DNA of 62,490 bases, the filler included, from Choristocarpus tenellus KU-1152 (lineage: Eukaryota; Protista; Phaeophyceae), in the NCBI GenBank assembly GCA_964200185.2. It is 11 parts of 11 records of this genome, joined end to end, with 100 filler letters (N's around TTAATTAATTAA, not from the genome) between each part and the next. Parts side by side here need not be neighbours in the genome. Positions count along the whole stretch, not along the records: positions 13,965 to 18,468 come from CAXNAD020014250.1; positions 18,569 to 21,124 come from CAXNAD020026811.1; positions 21,225 to 36,351 come from CAXNAD020001053.1; 8 more parts are not named here. One strand, 5' to 3'. The position numbers and the translations under genes were made by a program. Shown in pieces: positions 14,070 through 26,260 of the stretch (its first letter is position 1; each line of letters opens with the position of its first letter). The notes beneath the pieces are model-generated. The model saw only the letters and a list, made by a program, of their open reading frames with translations. It made no database searches and was not told the DNA's origin.

Positions 14070-15234
14070 CGACAATAACATTGCTTCCTATGATGGTGGG
14101 GTTGTTCCCAGCAATGCCTGCCACGTGTACCACTGCTGCATCCCCCACTGCAGTCCCTGCCCCAATTGTGATGCTGTTAACATCTCCACGAACCACTGAG
14201 CCATACCACACAGAAGACCCTGGGCCCATCTAAGGAGAATAGAGAGATGGATGCAGAGCAGGGGTGGGGGGCGGGGTTGGGTCCATCTAAAACTGAATTG
14301 TGTGCCTCACAACGCCTTTTTGTTGCAAAACTACAATTGGCTGACAAAAAAAAATATGGTAGCCAGGGAGTGCTCTCGAGCAGTATCGTGAGCAAGTGAA
14401 AACGAAGTAAGTGGGATGTTTGAGACAAGGGATCATAGGGGTGACGTCAACATGAATGAAGGCGTGTTACTGACTGGTCTTCACCTTGACGTCGCCAATG
14501 ACGCTGGCATTGGGGGCAATGAAAGATTCCTGGGGTACCTCAGGTGTCTTACCCTTGTGTACCAGTATCCTAGTTGAGGGAACCACTGGAACATTGGGAG
14601 GTAACACGGAGGAGGAGGGTGGATGGAGGAGTTGCATTTGCAAACGGAAGCAAATTCAGGACATAACCTCTAAAAATGAAATATTCTGGTAGAGTTTCCT
14701 TGGGCAAGAGATGATGCAAAAACTCCTGGAAATCCACCTGCCACGTGGCTACCGATGTGGCATCGGCAGAATGTCACTACTGATATTGCTTCAAGCAATT
14801 TTCATAAGCAATCCCCAACTATGTGAGCCACAGCAAGTCAATTCTCGGAGGATCACCTAGTACACTGGGTCATGAAGGTGTCTGCATTTCGCCATGGAAC
14901 GAGTCTCCTAAATGCCCCAACTTCTTCCCCCGTGTAACCTATCTAACAAAAAACATGGCCACATCCTTGTTTCAGGTACTCGACTGGAAGAGTACTGGGG
15001 CATTGGACCAATTGTAACGCCCAAAAAGGATCTCTCTCAAATGCGTACAGCAGGTCCCAGGAAAGGAAAACAAGGTTAAAGCCAGGGTAAGGAAAACTAA
15101 ATTCATCCTTAAATTGCAATGAGCTCACGTTTCTCTTGGTAGGGGTGCGTCTCTAAAGCCCCCCCCAACCTGTCGATCCCTTTGCCCAGCTGTCTCATCA
15201 CACTCCCCGCTACTTTCCGTGCGAGCAACAACAT
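14070..15234 (-). CDS. Gamma carbonic anhydrase-like protein (mitochondrial complex I CA-domain type), first 3 exons; 3' end lost in the gap
   Basis: Exons 15234-15129, 14585-14485, 14229-14070 (GT-AG, phases 1,0). Translation: MLLLARKVAGSVMRQLGKGIDRLGGALETHPYQEKLVPSTRILVHKGKTPEVPQESFIAPNASVIGDVKMGPGSSVWYGSVVRGDVNSITIGAGTAVGDAAVVHV..., with hexapeptide repeats and the WYG..RGD signature. Confidence 0.92.
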
Positions 15235-15625
15235 GATTATTGGGCAAATCCCCCGAGAATGTTCTAACCAATATTCTCCGAGGATCGCTGACGACCGCTG
15301 ACGCCGGTCAAGACCCACCGTTTCCCCAGAATGGTCTTCACTTCCAACCCCAACCCCAACTTGGTATATGGTAATGTTGGAGTACCACCATTACCCATGG
15401 AGAGGCGTCGGCGAATCATTAATCCAATAACAAGAACTTTGTTTCAAAACTATGATTTGTTGATTTTCCATATTTGCACCATGGATGTTAAAACCTTGTT
15501 GTGATCCCTGTTGTCGCCTGCCACTTTCCTGTTGTCATGCCAACGACTTCACTGCAGCTCAATCGATCCACCAACGAGCTCAGCCAAGTCTAGAGTAGGA
15601 ATTTGGTCTGCTAAGTCGGCCATAC
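15235..15625. promoter_or_regulatory. Putative bidirectional promoter between gamma-CA and patatin genes
   Basis: Divergent ATGs at 15234 (-) and 15626 (+) are only 391 bp apart on one contig. Confidence 0.55.
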
Positions 15626-16885
15626 ATGAGTGGTACTCGCCTCACCAACCCTCAACAAGGGTACGCTTCAGGATCGTGCACTGGCAAACTCCGACCCGTT
15701 CTTTTCTCGACCTCTCAAGCCGAAGAGCGTGAAAACACACCTACCCTGGAGGAATGGCTGCGTGAGGTATTCCCAAGATGACGTTTCTTCTCAATGCGTT
15801 AACACAATCCATGCTGGCAAGGGTGAGCTGGCTGCGCCTTTTTGGTCTAGGTTGTCCTCACCTCGTGATATTCCGCAAACTGGCCCCCTGCCTCCTTTTT
15901 TCATATTTCTTCCTGATGTTTCAACTCGTGCACAACCCAAACGACGTTGTCGTGACCTGGCTTATATGATACTCATTGTGAGCTCAATTGTATCATCTTC
16001 GCCTACGTCACTTCCTCGATCCAACCACCCCGTCCTCCCAGTCGACCCTTCGTTACTACTTGACACCTGATATACCCTCTGAACTCTCTGACCCATAGCT
16101 TTGCTCAACCTCTTTCTCTGTGTGGAACTCTCTCTTTGACTGTGGGTGGACGGATTGCTCTAGGGTCCCTTCGTGCTGTCTATGGCGCCTGGATTTTTTG
16201 GGTTCTACGCCCACATCGGAGCTTTAGTGGCTCTTGAGGAGTCGGATCTCCTGTCGGGGGTAAATAGTCGCAATTCCTGTCCATAAAAATTCCTTCTATG
16301 AGCAGAGTTTGCACTCTTGTTTTTCTTCCCCCTCTCTCGTGATCGTTGATATGTCCTTGCACACACAAGTGAGGACATATCCTCCAACTGAGTAAACCTC
16401 CCTCTCATCGACCAAAAGGTACCATCGCCCTTATACACCTTTGTTCCTCTCCCTTTATGTGGCAGGTTAACGAAGATCGCCCTTCAAGGCTTGTCTATAC
16501 CTACATCATACATATACGCGACATGCGTCAATGGATCGGAAGAATTGTGACAAAGATGTCTCTTCGTACAACCCTAAGAACAATAAATGATCTCATATAT
16601 GCGATGTAATGTACAGTATTCCCCCCCCCCCATAAATATTCCAAGCACAGTGTACGCAGCTCTGCACCCTTCCAACACTATTTTTTTTTAGTTCTGAGTA
16701 TCTCGCCCCTACACCACCCTCAGGTGAGCCATGTTGCTGGGGCCAGCGCAGGAGCTCTTATTGCTGGACTGTTTGCTGCCGGGCGATCACCCATAGACAT
16801 GGGGAAAGATGTGGTAAAATTCAGAAGGTCAGACTTCTGGGACCCTCTAGGGTTTGGGGGCATACTGCGGGGGAGAAAGTTTGAG
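15626..16885 (+). CDS. Patatin-like phospholipase, first 3 exons
   Basis: Exons 15626-15766, 16164-16259, 16724-16885, all phase 0. Translation: ...TPTLEEWLREGPFVLSMAPGFFGFYAHIGALVALEESDLLSGVSHVAGASAGALIAGLFAAG...DFWDPLGFGGILRGRKFE, with the catalytic G-A-S-A-G motif. Confidence 0.9.
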
Positions 16886-18406
16886 GTGCGTATCTGCTAA
16901 TGTGCAACTCTGGCATGCCATTGAAGTTGAGCACTATTGTAGAGCCCCAGTGCGCTACTAATGTGTACCTTGTTCAACTGTTGATTCAAAGAGAGGTAAT
17001 TGTAGGATTAGCCACACTGTACATCATTCTATTGCTTGCATGACTTGTTGAATTGCCCTGGCAGTAAATACACACAACCAAAGGAGCACTTTTTCTTCCA
17101 TCATACCCGGATTATTAGGAGCTTAGTGAATCCCTCATTGATGCAATAGACATTTTCATTTTGATTCAGTGTGTTCTCATTCCATTGCTTCAAATTGAAG
17201 CGGAGCACCAAATCTATTTTTATTTTTTGTGAACTTTCTAACAACGTGCAAATGTAGTGACTCTGTGGTGTCTGTATGATCTTCTCTCCTTGGGGGTGCA
17301 TGTGTAACTCCTGGAGGAAAATGAATTTGGTGTTGAAAAGTGGTGCAATATGGTCCTACAGACTGCATCTATTTGCAATAAAAATGCTGCGACCGATCTT
17401 GCACCTGATCTTGAATACGTAAGGGAAGATCACAGCTTTTTACTCCGTAATAACCATGGATATATGTACACATTTGGTTTTTAATGTGACATAGTCAAGA
17501 GCTGGATCTTTGAGATAGGTGGTGAAAGTATTGGAAAGTACCTGAGGGTCTGCACAATTGCCTCGTGCCACTTTCCAAGATCCATCTCATTTCTGTCTCA
17601 AAGAGTGAGGTACTGATATATATGTGTGTGTGTGTATGTGTATGTACAATGAAACATATTGCTGAGTGCATACATCAAAAAAAATTAGGCTCCTTAGGAA
17701 TCTTAAATCCGTGCTGAGGACCTCGTACATGGTGCTCAAGACCCTGGTTGCATGTGAATTTGAAAGCTGGTGATGTGAGCAGCGCTTTCTCACTTTTCTT
17801 TTTTCCAATTTGTAGGATACTATACGCTATGTCATCGCCTGTAGGAAGATTCAAATTCTTTGGAGCAACAGAAGGACAACACGTTAGGGCAGAGTCTTTG
17901 ATATTCATAACTCACTTTGCAGATCAACTTGAGGACAGTTTTGTGACTGCAGGACAAGCCAGGACGGTCAGATCTTGAACAGACAACCAGTCGATCTCCA
18001 AATTGTGTGGGAAAAATCCCTGCCAAGGTATTGAATATCCTCCACCTTACTGGAAAGCACCACTACCATCACAGTAATAGTGCACCCCTCCCCCTCCAAA
18101 AAGAAGAATGTCCCTCCTTGTCTTGGATGGTATGTAGGTAGTGGCAATTGCCCCCAAGTACAACTCCAGATTTATCGTGGAGCATCTATGAGCTGGACGA
18201 ATTTGACCCAGAGCGAAGAAAGGAAAAACACTATAAGAAGGAACCCTTTCAAGAGTCTACCATTCACCTCCCACCTCGTGCGTTTGGAACTCTCTTTTTT
18301 TCCCGAGCATTTTTTTCTGACGACTGTTTCAAATACTCCAAACAGTTTCGCTCCCCCCCCCCCCCCCCCCCACCCCCCCCCCCCCCCCCCCCCCCCCCCC
18401 ACACCC

Positions 18407-18453
<47 letters not shown>

Positions 18454-18950
18454 CCCTTTTTTTCTAGGNNNNNNNNNNNNNNNNNNNNNNNNNNNNNNNN
18501 NNNNNNNNNNNNTTAATTAATTAANNNNNNNNNNNNNNNNNNNNNNNNNNNNNNNNNNNNNNNNNNNNTGTAGACCCCCCCCCCCTCCCAGATACTTTGG
18601 GTCTCAATACAAAGAATGACGTAGAAAACACGAATGAATGGCACAAACTATGCCTTCCACCCTTCCCTATGGAAAAATGGGTATACATTTGTGTAAGTCT
18701 CCTCCCCACAGCGCTGTGGTAGATGACTTGTGGGAATTGAAAGCTTCTTTCAGTCCCGGGTTTAATGAGAAATCCAACTGTCGCCATCTCACACCTGCTT
18801 TCCTCTCACACAGGAACAGAGTTCTATCGTGAGGCAGAATTACCCCAGGTATCATCTGTACGTACATAATGTGGAAGAAACTCGCCAGTTGCTAAAAATG
18901 GTGTTGAAATCAAACTACAAAACAGTGAAACCTGGTACGCCCATTGCTTT

Positions 18951-19128
18951 GGGTCAAAGTATCTGGGAGGGGGGGGTGGTTTGTGAGGGGGCATCCGTTT
19001 CGGTCAAACGACTCTTTTTTTGCTGACATTTCAAATCTGACACATGCGACCAAATCACACCAAAAAAGTTAAAATCGAAAAAAGGGTGAAAAATGGACAC
19101 CGACACCCCCCCCCAAATACTTTGACCC
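18951..19128. mobile_element. MITE family B (178 bp), TIR GGGTCAAAGTAT(C/T)TGGG; single termini also near 9760, 18600, 36470, 39664, 46725, 53665, 54316 and 56139
   Basis: Inverted termini gggtcaaagtatctggg / cccaaatactttgaccc; flanks cttt/tttt form a near-perfect 4-bp TSD. Confidence 0.8.
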
Positions 19129-19487
19129 TTTTACTGTGAATGCGAGAGTCTCTAGTTATGAGGGGACTCCGATTCGGTCAAGGGTCATTCTCCTCTCTTT
19201 GTTTCACACCCACTCAATCTCAGCACTCCGAGTTAGCATCCATAACTAGATTTTTTTGCAGGTGTCCCATGCCTGTAAGCGATTTTCTTGAATGAAATTC
19301 GACAGCATTTGGAAAATGATCCCCTTTTTTGGTAGTTCAGTTGTAACCCCAATAGCTTCAACGAGGGATCAGGGGTTTGAAGTTCATAGGGTTTCAATAT
19401 ATGCCATACAGATGTATGTCCCTTTAGAGCGGCCATTGTTGAACCAAAAATTTTGTTGACAACTTTTAAGGGGGATTGTTGACCATG

Positions 19488-20812
19488 TCAGCCAATATGC
19501 ATGGTCTCTTCGACCAAACAGGAGGTCTTGATGTGGGTAAGTGGAGGAAAAAAAACAGAGAGTCACCTGGATACCCATCGACATCACACTCATTCAAGAA
19601 GATATGCGTTGAATATACATACCAGTTGTCGATTTCCTCCCTCCCTCCCTGTGAAAAGGGTGCCTCACCTCCACTGTTGACCTGCCTATGCTGTTGTTCA
19701 GTACACGAAGCTTTTGACCGATCTCCATCATCTTTAACTTGAGGGCCAAGTGTAACTCCCTGTCAATATCACCCTGGTCCAAGAGACCCTCTAACACCTC
19801 GATTGCTCCCATATCAACATCTTTGGAACATTCTAGGAGCGAGAGTTGCCTTTCCTTAAACATGTTCTGTGGGGATATATGGGGGGTTGAGCGTTAGAGG
19901 TATAAATGAACATTAGTGTTGGTGTCTATTCTACTTTTTCCAGTCTTTTTGCAGTTCCAATGCAGGAATTTTAAAGTGGAAGACTGTAAAGTTGCTTGCA
20001 GTCGAATACTCAATTTTGCTTTGAAAAAAATTGTCCCGGTTAATGCATGGCGAGGAAAGAAATACGGTGAGCAGGTGAGTGGGTAGGGGGCCAAAGCCTC
20101 GAATAATCCAGACTCCTCTATAGTAAGGAAAAAAAAACATGGTACATTTTTTGTTCTTGGACCTGATCATCCGCTCGCTGGAGGTGTTTTCTGAGTGACC
20201 GTATGACGTCATCTGTGTCAGCACTGACATAGTCGGCCTTGAGGCTCCGCAATTCATCAAGAAGTCTTTTTTGAGATTCCGTCATAATCTCCAACTCCCT
20301 ATCTCTTTGATGTGGAGGAGGGGGGATGTCCCAAGAGCAATGGCCAGGAGAGTAAAATGTTGGCGAGATAAGTATATTAAGTACATGTCTTGTGAATATG
20401 CAAGGCTAGCTAGTTTGAGTTCGGAGTGGTTTGTAGTGGAGAGTGAGCCAAAGTATCTTAGAGGGTAGCGCCGGGTACATTTGGGGGGTAAATCCAATGT
20501 TGCGATTTTGAAGTAATTTGGGCTATCGTGTTCATTGGGAACTGTCAACATCTATGTTTCGGACACACCTTGTCATAATGTATACATTTTACCTACTCCT
20601 AAACATTTTGGAGTAGGAAAATGTCATTAAAAAAATACCATGGGAAGCCAAGTCCCAAATGGATAAGCAGGAAAAACTCAGTAACATAGAGGTACTTCTT
20701 AAGTGAGTTAGAACTTGATTGCTGTAACTAAGCAAATGGACACAAGTCAATACAGTCCCACTCAGTTCGAGCATAACTTGTAACTCACCGACTCATTTCT
20801 TTTTGTTCTGCT
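19488..20812 (-). CDS. Hypothetical coiled-coil protein, 3' exons
   Basis: Exons 20812-20789, 20304-20163, 19866-19669, 19526-19488 have canonical sites and compatible phases: AEQKEMSRDRELEIMTESQKRLLDELRSLKADY...HLQRADDQNMFKERQLSLLE...GRSTVETSCLVEETMHIG*. Confidence 0.6.
20445..20680. mobile_element. MITE family A copy, one end eroded, intronic; another partial copy at 21069-21124
   Basis: gagccaaagtatcttagagggtag terminus plus conserved body. Confidence 0.85.
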
Positions 20813-21354
20813 CTAAAGGTGAGACTAACAGTCAGCAATAATTGGAGTATATGCATGTGTGTGTGTGAATCTATGTGGTATATGGGAAGGAGTACGTGGA
20901 CCATCATAAATGAAAACAAGCAAAGATCAGCAAGTGTAAGAGATGAGGTGAATTCAACAGCAAGCTCTAGAAGGACATGATATCCTCTGCTCATTCCTGC
21001 CTAGCACACCGTGTGTGTAGCAACATGTGGCATCAACTATTGCATGCGCCAAACAAACAAGTACAAATGAGCCTAAGTATCTTAGAGGGTAGGACCACGT
21101 CCGTTTGGGGGCCAAAATCCAATGNNNNNNNNNNNNNNNNNNNNNNNNNNNNNNNNNNNNNNNNNNNNTTAATTAATTAANNNNNNNNNNNNNNNNNNNN
21201 NNNNNNNNNNNNNNNNNNNNNNNNTTGGAGCGGGAGGCGGTATAGGATGTGCTGATGTGCCTGGAGTTCCGACGCGTCCTCTTCCGCTCCCCCCCCCCCC
21301 CCCCCCCCCCCACCCCCCTCCCCTCCCTCAAAACTCTAATCTCTCTAGCGGCAC

Positions 21355-24300
21355 CTTGGGCAGTGGCACAGGAATCCCCTTGACGTGAGCAAATCAGTCC
21401 GCCTGTCTGGTGTGCTCTGCACGAGGTCAATGTATGAAAAGTTCAACTCTGTACCTTCCTTCACCTCGATCAGGGTCCGGGCCTCCAACACCCCACCTAG
21501 ACGGAACACGTTCCCCGCATAGGCAAGCACACAAAAGCAAACATCATCAGAAAAAATATATATATATATATAAATAGAGAGAGAGAGAGAGGGGGGGGGG
21601 GGGGGGGGGGGGGGAAAAAAAAAAAAAAAAAAAAAAAAAAATGTGGAAAAGTGGATTCCCAAAAAAAAAAAAAAAAAAAAAAAAAAAATAAAAAAAAAAG
21701 AGAGAGAGGGGGAGGGGGGGGGGGGGGGGGGGGGGGGGGGAGAGGAGTGATAAAAATTAAAAAATGAATGAAAATATCTGTAGAAGTGCATTCTCGCAAC
21801 ATCAAAATAAGGCACTGAGGTCTTTGAGCGCGGATGTGAGGAACAGTAGAGGGGGCACAACGCCTGCCTGCCTGCGAGTCTTCATCGACAGAATCGACCC
21901 ATCTTAGGGTTCTTTCCTCTGCTCTACCGCTACTTGCGAGAATGAAAACAGAAGAAAAAAAATAAACAAGTCAAAAACAAAAAGGACACACCTCCAAGGT
22001 GCTTAGAGAGAGAGAGAGAGCCACGCTTCAACAACAGCAGCAACAAAATGAAGGTTATTAGGAGGGGAGTAACTCATGGACTGACCCATTGACCAGGCCG
22101 GGCTGTAAGCGACTCTCTCTGCCAATGATAACTCATGGACAATCACACAAAACTGAACCATCTCAGAGCAATGGAGTAAGGACCAAGGTCATGATTTCAA
22201 TTTAGGAGAAGTCGCCATTCACATCTTCCTCGATGTATACTATACCTCTCCCCCCCCCCCCGCCGACCCACATTTCCTTTAAAATTACCATTTATTTACC
22301 TTCAAATACGAAGGTGCAGTTGGGGCGGCAGGAGTGGTTGAACATGGCAAAGAGGGGGAACATGCCGTGCCCAATAATAGTGCTGGTCTCTGAGGAGGCA
22401 TCCACCAGACCATACGAGTTCACACTGGAACGGCATGCTAGCTCAACGGCCTCATCCACATCACATCGACACCATTCTGGCAGCAGGGGCATTGCTGCTT
22501 CCACTGCTGCTCTGCACATAGTAAGAGATAGGAAGCATTCACATCAAGACAGGCAACACATAAAGGTGGGCAGGGGGGGGTTCGTGCAGGAGGAAAGAGG
22601 AGCGGAAAGAGAAAGAGCAGGGTGGTTTCAGGAAAGAAGAAAAGGGGAGAGCGTGTGCTGTTGCTACTTGGACCAACTAATAAGTACGGGGTCCACAGAT
22701 CCTGCTTACGCGTGCGTATTCAAAGAAAGGGGTGTGAGTACAGGAACATGTTAGTGAGAATAGTACTGGTGGTGAAAATGACAAATGAGGCATCTGTTCC
22801 CACCATATACTTCAGAAGCGATCAGAGGTAAGAGCAATGTTGCAGTCAAGGTACAAGAGGTATTCTTCGAAGGTACGGTATTTGTGAGAGAAAGAGAGAG
22901 CGGGAATTACGATAATATGCGCAGTGGCAGTATGAAATAAAAGGACATAAACATGGCTGAGGTGAGCAAGAAAGGCATGAATCTCAGCCCCACTATCACA
23001 AACAGCAAGCAAACCTACTATAGTAACATCTACCCTCCCTCCTAACATTGCCCCAAATATCATCAGTCTACATCCAACAAAGTAGGGACCAATCAAAGGA
23101 GAAAATGGAGGGTTCTTCTCACGTGACAACTGACAACCATGCCTTGTCTTTTATGTCTCGGTGATGCATTAGCAAGGACATATTTTGCCACTGTTGGACT
23201 AGGAGGGGCACCTGTTTGCAAAAAATAGACCAACGTTTGAACCTGAATTGGAGGCATAGAGAAGGCAGCCTACCACAACACAAGGTAATCATTAATGTAA
23301 TCACAACTGTGTATAGCAGCTGCGCTTCTCAAGTGCAGCCACAGCCAAAGTCAAAAACTTTAAAAGGACAAAGGACATTATGGTCTGTGTCCTTTACATA
23401 ATACAGGGAGGCTTGTCTTCGTGGTCCAACTTGGTTTTCACTTACCACTGTACTATGATCAAAAGGGTAGTGCTTTCTACACTATTACATAAGGCACGGA
23501 AGTTTACATACAGCCATGGCCTCACTCTACTTACTCAGCCACCCACCAACAATCCACTTGCACAGTAGGTTATTCAACTCCAGGCAGGATGTTCTAATAT
23601 AAGCTTTGGTTCTATGCTTTGGGCTGCTACAAGAGAAGAGCAAATATACCATACATATTCACACAAAGTTGGTGAGAGACCACACTGTGATATCCCCAAG
23701 TATTTCAAAGTAAGTTGAAGGGTCAGTACATCATGATCATCGCAGTGAGCCCTGTGGAATAGACAACCGGCCTAGCTCTACTATGGGAACTTGCACCACA
23801 CCATAATCACAAAAGTCGATTTTCATACGTTGACATTTCTGAACTCTACTGCTCTATGAGTCTCCATTGTTGCAGTTTCTGTCCAATAACTACGATGAGA
23901 TTCGATTTAAAAGGGTCAAAATAATCACAGAGTTTTTTGCATGTTAAGACTTAACCCTCCCAAAGGTTTGTTCAAAAGTGGAGGGATTCAAAAATGTACA
24001 CCTTTTCCTCTCCCTCCTTGGCATGTTCTCGCTCCCTTTTCAACTCAAGGGCCATGGCACGGGTGACTATCAGTCGCACCACCATGCGGTGGACGTCAAC
24101 ATCAACGCTTGCAGCAGTGCTGATGCCATGGGTGGCACGGAGGGCTGCTCTCTCGGCTTGACGTAGACCACTTTCCTTTTCCTCGCACTCTTTGCTGCAG
24201 TATGCCTGGGTTTGTATTAGAAAAGCATGTTGGGAATGGAGAGGTGGAAGTGAGATTTGAGGTACAGCATGACTGTTCTAGATACTATCCAGAGTCCTTC

Positions 24301-25093
24301 CCCCGCAGTAAGAGAAGTGGTACAGATGGACCTACCGCGTATATCCACTCAGCATTCGGGTGCGCCAGCTGAGGCAGCTTCTTGCAGCAAGTGGCGCAGT
24401 AGAGAAGAGCCTTGCTCTCATCTACTACCTGTAGTCGGTTTCCCGTGAGAAAATGAGGGTGGGACGAAGACCGATAACAAAGCGTAGGAAAGAATGAGGA
24501 ATGAAACTTCACGCTTTGTGGTGCCTATGCAGAGGGTTTCAGTGTTGTTACTCTCACCGGCCACTTACATGTGACACCACATCGAGAAGGATTTAATATG
24601 GACCGGAGGGGGGAGGATAAGAGCCAGAGGGATAGGGGGAAAGGAGATATTGCTCTGGAGCGGGGGTGGTTTCTTTACTATGGTGTGTGGAATGACTTCA
24701 ACTGCCAGTCAAAGCAATCTAAACAACCTTGGCGAAAGGAGGCTCGCAGAGGATGTAGTCTCCCGCTGCAAAATCTCGATTCGCAACCATACATCTCCCA
24801 GTCACGGAATCCAGACCCATAGCAAGTGTGTCTATTTCATCAGGGATTTGGACTTCACCCAAGTCGTAGGCAAAGCCATTGGCCTCCTTGTTTGGCCCTT
24901 CCCCCTCTTCTTGACCGACAGCCTTCTTCTTCTTCTTCTTCTTTCGTTTCTTCTTCTTGATCGAGTGCCCATCCCCATCTCCCTCCCCAGCTGGTTCGTC
25001 ATCTCCCTCAAGATTTTCTCTCGACTCCTTGGGAAGACTACTCTCGTGCACAACACCATGTCCCTCCAACTCGTGATCACTCTCAGCATTCAT
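21355..25093 (-). CDS. SET-domain lysine methyltransferase, SMYD-like split SET; 3' end lost in the gap
   Basis: Exons 25093-24728, 24428-24336, 24205-24002, 23211-23123, 22511-22300, 21496-21355 are phase-compatible. Motifs: GRCMVANRDFAAGDYILCEPP, YCSKEC, VNSYG, GMFPLFAMFNHSCRPN, ELNFSYID, post-SET FLCHCPRC. Confidence 0.93.
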
Positions 25094-25902
25094 TTCAACC
25101 ACTATTCGTCGAAAGAAGATAGGGTGGAAGCACTTGCAATGCGTTAGTCAACGAATCAGACTAGAGGATGAATTGCAGGCGACAACGTACATGGAAGAGA
25201 AGAACACACACCTCTTTCAGGATTCACATTATCATGTTGGTCAAGTCAAGAAGAGGTTCTCACTAACTTGACTTTTTGACGACGCCTCTTGCTGTTATAA
25301 AAAATATCGTGATCATTTACACTTTGGAAACATAATATTCAACACTACACTTTGCTTGTAAATCTAAACACCAATACATGCCTCCAAAACACTATTATAT
25401 GTGATGTTAGGAAAACTCCAGTTCAACATGTACAGAGTAAGTACAACACTGTCCAATGGTTGTATCACCCCATTCGAAAACCTGCACGCTTTGAAACACC
25501 ATTATTGATTGGTAGCATCATTATGCGAAATGCTAACGAAGTATTGACATAGTAGTAGTAGTGGCGTTACCAAAGAAGTCTGATGTGTTGTACATAAATA
25601 ACAAGGCGCCAAAAATATCCAAGGCGTGAAACATGTTTCATATTTTTAGTATCAATAAATGTTATTATGTCCTCTAGCATATTGCAGATGTTGTAAATGT
25701 GAAATATCTCTCTAACAGCTGTTCTCTGGCAATTAGTATCAATCGTATCTATCAAAGTTACAATCTGTCGAGCAGATTAGTCTGTTTATCATACCATTAT
25801 TGCTGTATGTAGGAAAACCAAAACCGTACCATACCACTCCCATGGAGAAATTCTGTGTTAAGGAGAGTACATGTTATGTTGCATCCTATTATGCTAGCAA
25901 TG

Positions 25903-25933
<31 letters not shown>

Positions 25934-25962
25934 CTGTTGCTGAGGATAACTAGGTATCGTTA

Positions 25963-26260
25963 TTGCCTTTCGGACAGTTATCCCATAACACAGCGTTAAG
26001 TGTGAAGTTGCATGAAACCCCGTTTTTCCTTCTGTCTGGAAGACAAGCTCGTTTATCTGTTGATATTGTCCTTGGTTCGTCTAATAATGCTGATTCAGAT
26101 GTCACCACTGAAGAGTTTACTCCGCAAACCAAAGATAATTTTGAGCTTGTACTTGAGTTGGCACACCGTCACCTCCATGAACACGTTCAAAAATCTGGAA
26201 CGTGCCAACCAACGTTTCGCGTACCTGTTTTCGTACCTGGTGATAAAGTTTTAGTCCATA
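25963..26260 (+). mobile_element. Ty3/Gypsy LTR retrotransposon integrase C-terminal fragment
   Basis: QLSHNTALSVKLHETPFFLLSGRQARLSVD...FVPGDKVLVH matches the pattern found after the integrase core (HNT, TPFFL.GR, F.PGD.VLV). Confidence 0.8.
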
